Shown here: positions 4,819 through 5,120 of the stretch, piece after piece
Layout: each line of letters begins with the position of its first letter
Position numbering within the stretch: the first letter of the stretch is position 1
Virus record (IMG/VR): IMGVR_UViG_3300045988_017695
Location: 1 to 5,120 of that record
Origin: a virus
Strand: one strand, 5' to 3'
DNA length: 5,120 nucleotides
Made by a program: the position numbers and the translations under genes
The notes under the pieces: model-generated
The model's input: only the letters and a program-made list of their open reading frames with translations
Databases searched by the model: none
Told to the model about the DNA's origin: nothing

Positions 4819-5120
4819 GTGTCTTGCTTTCATCCCATGTTGGCTGTCAGTACTGGCTTGAATTCTAACGGCAAGCGCGATATTAAATTCGTTTCTGGCC
4901 CCACTGAGTGGGAATCTTACCCGCCTAACGCCCGTCTCAAGATTCCTTGCGGTCGCTGTGTTGGTTGTCGTCTTGAGCGTTCCCGTCAATGGGCTAATCG
5001 CTGTATGCTTGAATTGCAGTACCATGAATCAAGTTATTTTGTTACGTTGACTTATGATGATGAGCATGTGCCTGTCACGTACTATTCTGAAAATGATGAC
5101 GGTGAAGCTCGTTCTGGTTT
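4819..5120 (+). CDS. VP4: Replication initiation protein VP4, N-terminal part (GTG start). It runs off the window end and continues at 3..719 (true junction after 5065).
   Basis: The translation MSCFHPMLAVSTGLNSNGKRDIKFVSGPTEWESYPPNARLKIPCGRCVGCRLERSRQWANRCMLELQYHESSYFVTLTYDDEH resembles conserved gokushovirus Rep N-termini (MACxHP..A). It carries a CxxCxxC motif (4948-4968) and RCR motif I FVTLTYDD (5038-5061). The ATG at 4837 is an alternative start but would drop the conserved SCFHP residues. Confidence 0.8.
   Translation, partial: MSCFHPMLAVSTGLNSNGKRDIKFVSGPTEWESYPPNARLKIPCGRCVGCRLERSRQWANRCMLELQYHESSYFVTLTYDDEHVPVTYYSENDDGEARSG
5066..5120. repeat. 55-nt terminal redundancy, an exact copy of 1..55, marking circular closure of a 5065-nt genome
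   Basis: Direct string identity. The repeat lies inside the rep coding sequence and preserves the reading frame. Confidence 0.95.

Noticed and set aside
5066-5120. The 55-nt direct repeat at the window ends, as possible attL/attR or terminal repeats of a mobile element
   Set aside because: The repeat lies inside the rep coding sequence and preserves the reading frame across the junction, with no flanking non-phage sequence. It is the wrap-around of a circular genome, not an integration or transposition signature.

Overview
This window is one complete, circularly permuted genome of a Microviridae (subfamily Gokushovirinae-like) ssDNA phage, 5065 nt long. Window positions 5066-5120 repeat positions 1-55 exactly, and the Rep (VP4) reading frame runs in frame across that junction, so the window wraps around a circle (or cuts through a tandem/RF concatemer). 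No host flanks are visible. All genes are on the + strand and the layout is compact with overlapping or translationally coupled genes. Order: rolling-circle replication initiator VP4 (GTG start 4819, through the junction, to 719), a 37-aa basic J/VP8-like DNA-binding peptide (722-835, missing from the ORF track), two coupled small acidic ORFs of unknown function (907-1158 and 1148-1348), a VP3-like internal scaffolding protein (1341-1832), the major capsid protein VP1 (1822-3510) with a Ser/Gly/Thr-rich hypervariable surface loop, a G6/C6 hairpin plus T6 intrinsic terminator, and the minor capsid/DNA-pilot protein VP2 (3566-4417) carrying six 11-residue (33-nt) tandem repeats. A roughly 400-nt noncoding region (4418-4818) follows. 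It contains a terminator-like hairpin, a perfect 15-bp stem-loop whose loop reads TCTTCTTGAT (resembling the phiX174 origin nick core CTTG/ATA), an 85-90% AT tract, and a near-consensus sigma70-type promoter with a GAGGTG ribosome-binding site upstream of VP4. Minus-strand ORFs and hydrophobic +1-frame ORFs are explained by the strong T bias at third codon positions and are treated as artefacts. The most interesting items are the intergenic hairpin as a candidate origin, the hendecad repeats in VP2, and the two uncharacterised small acidic genes.
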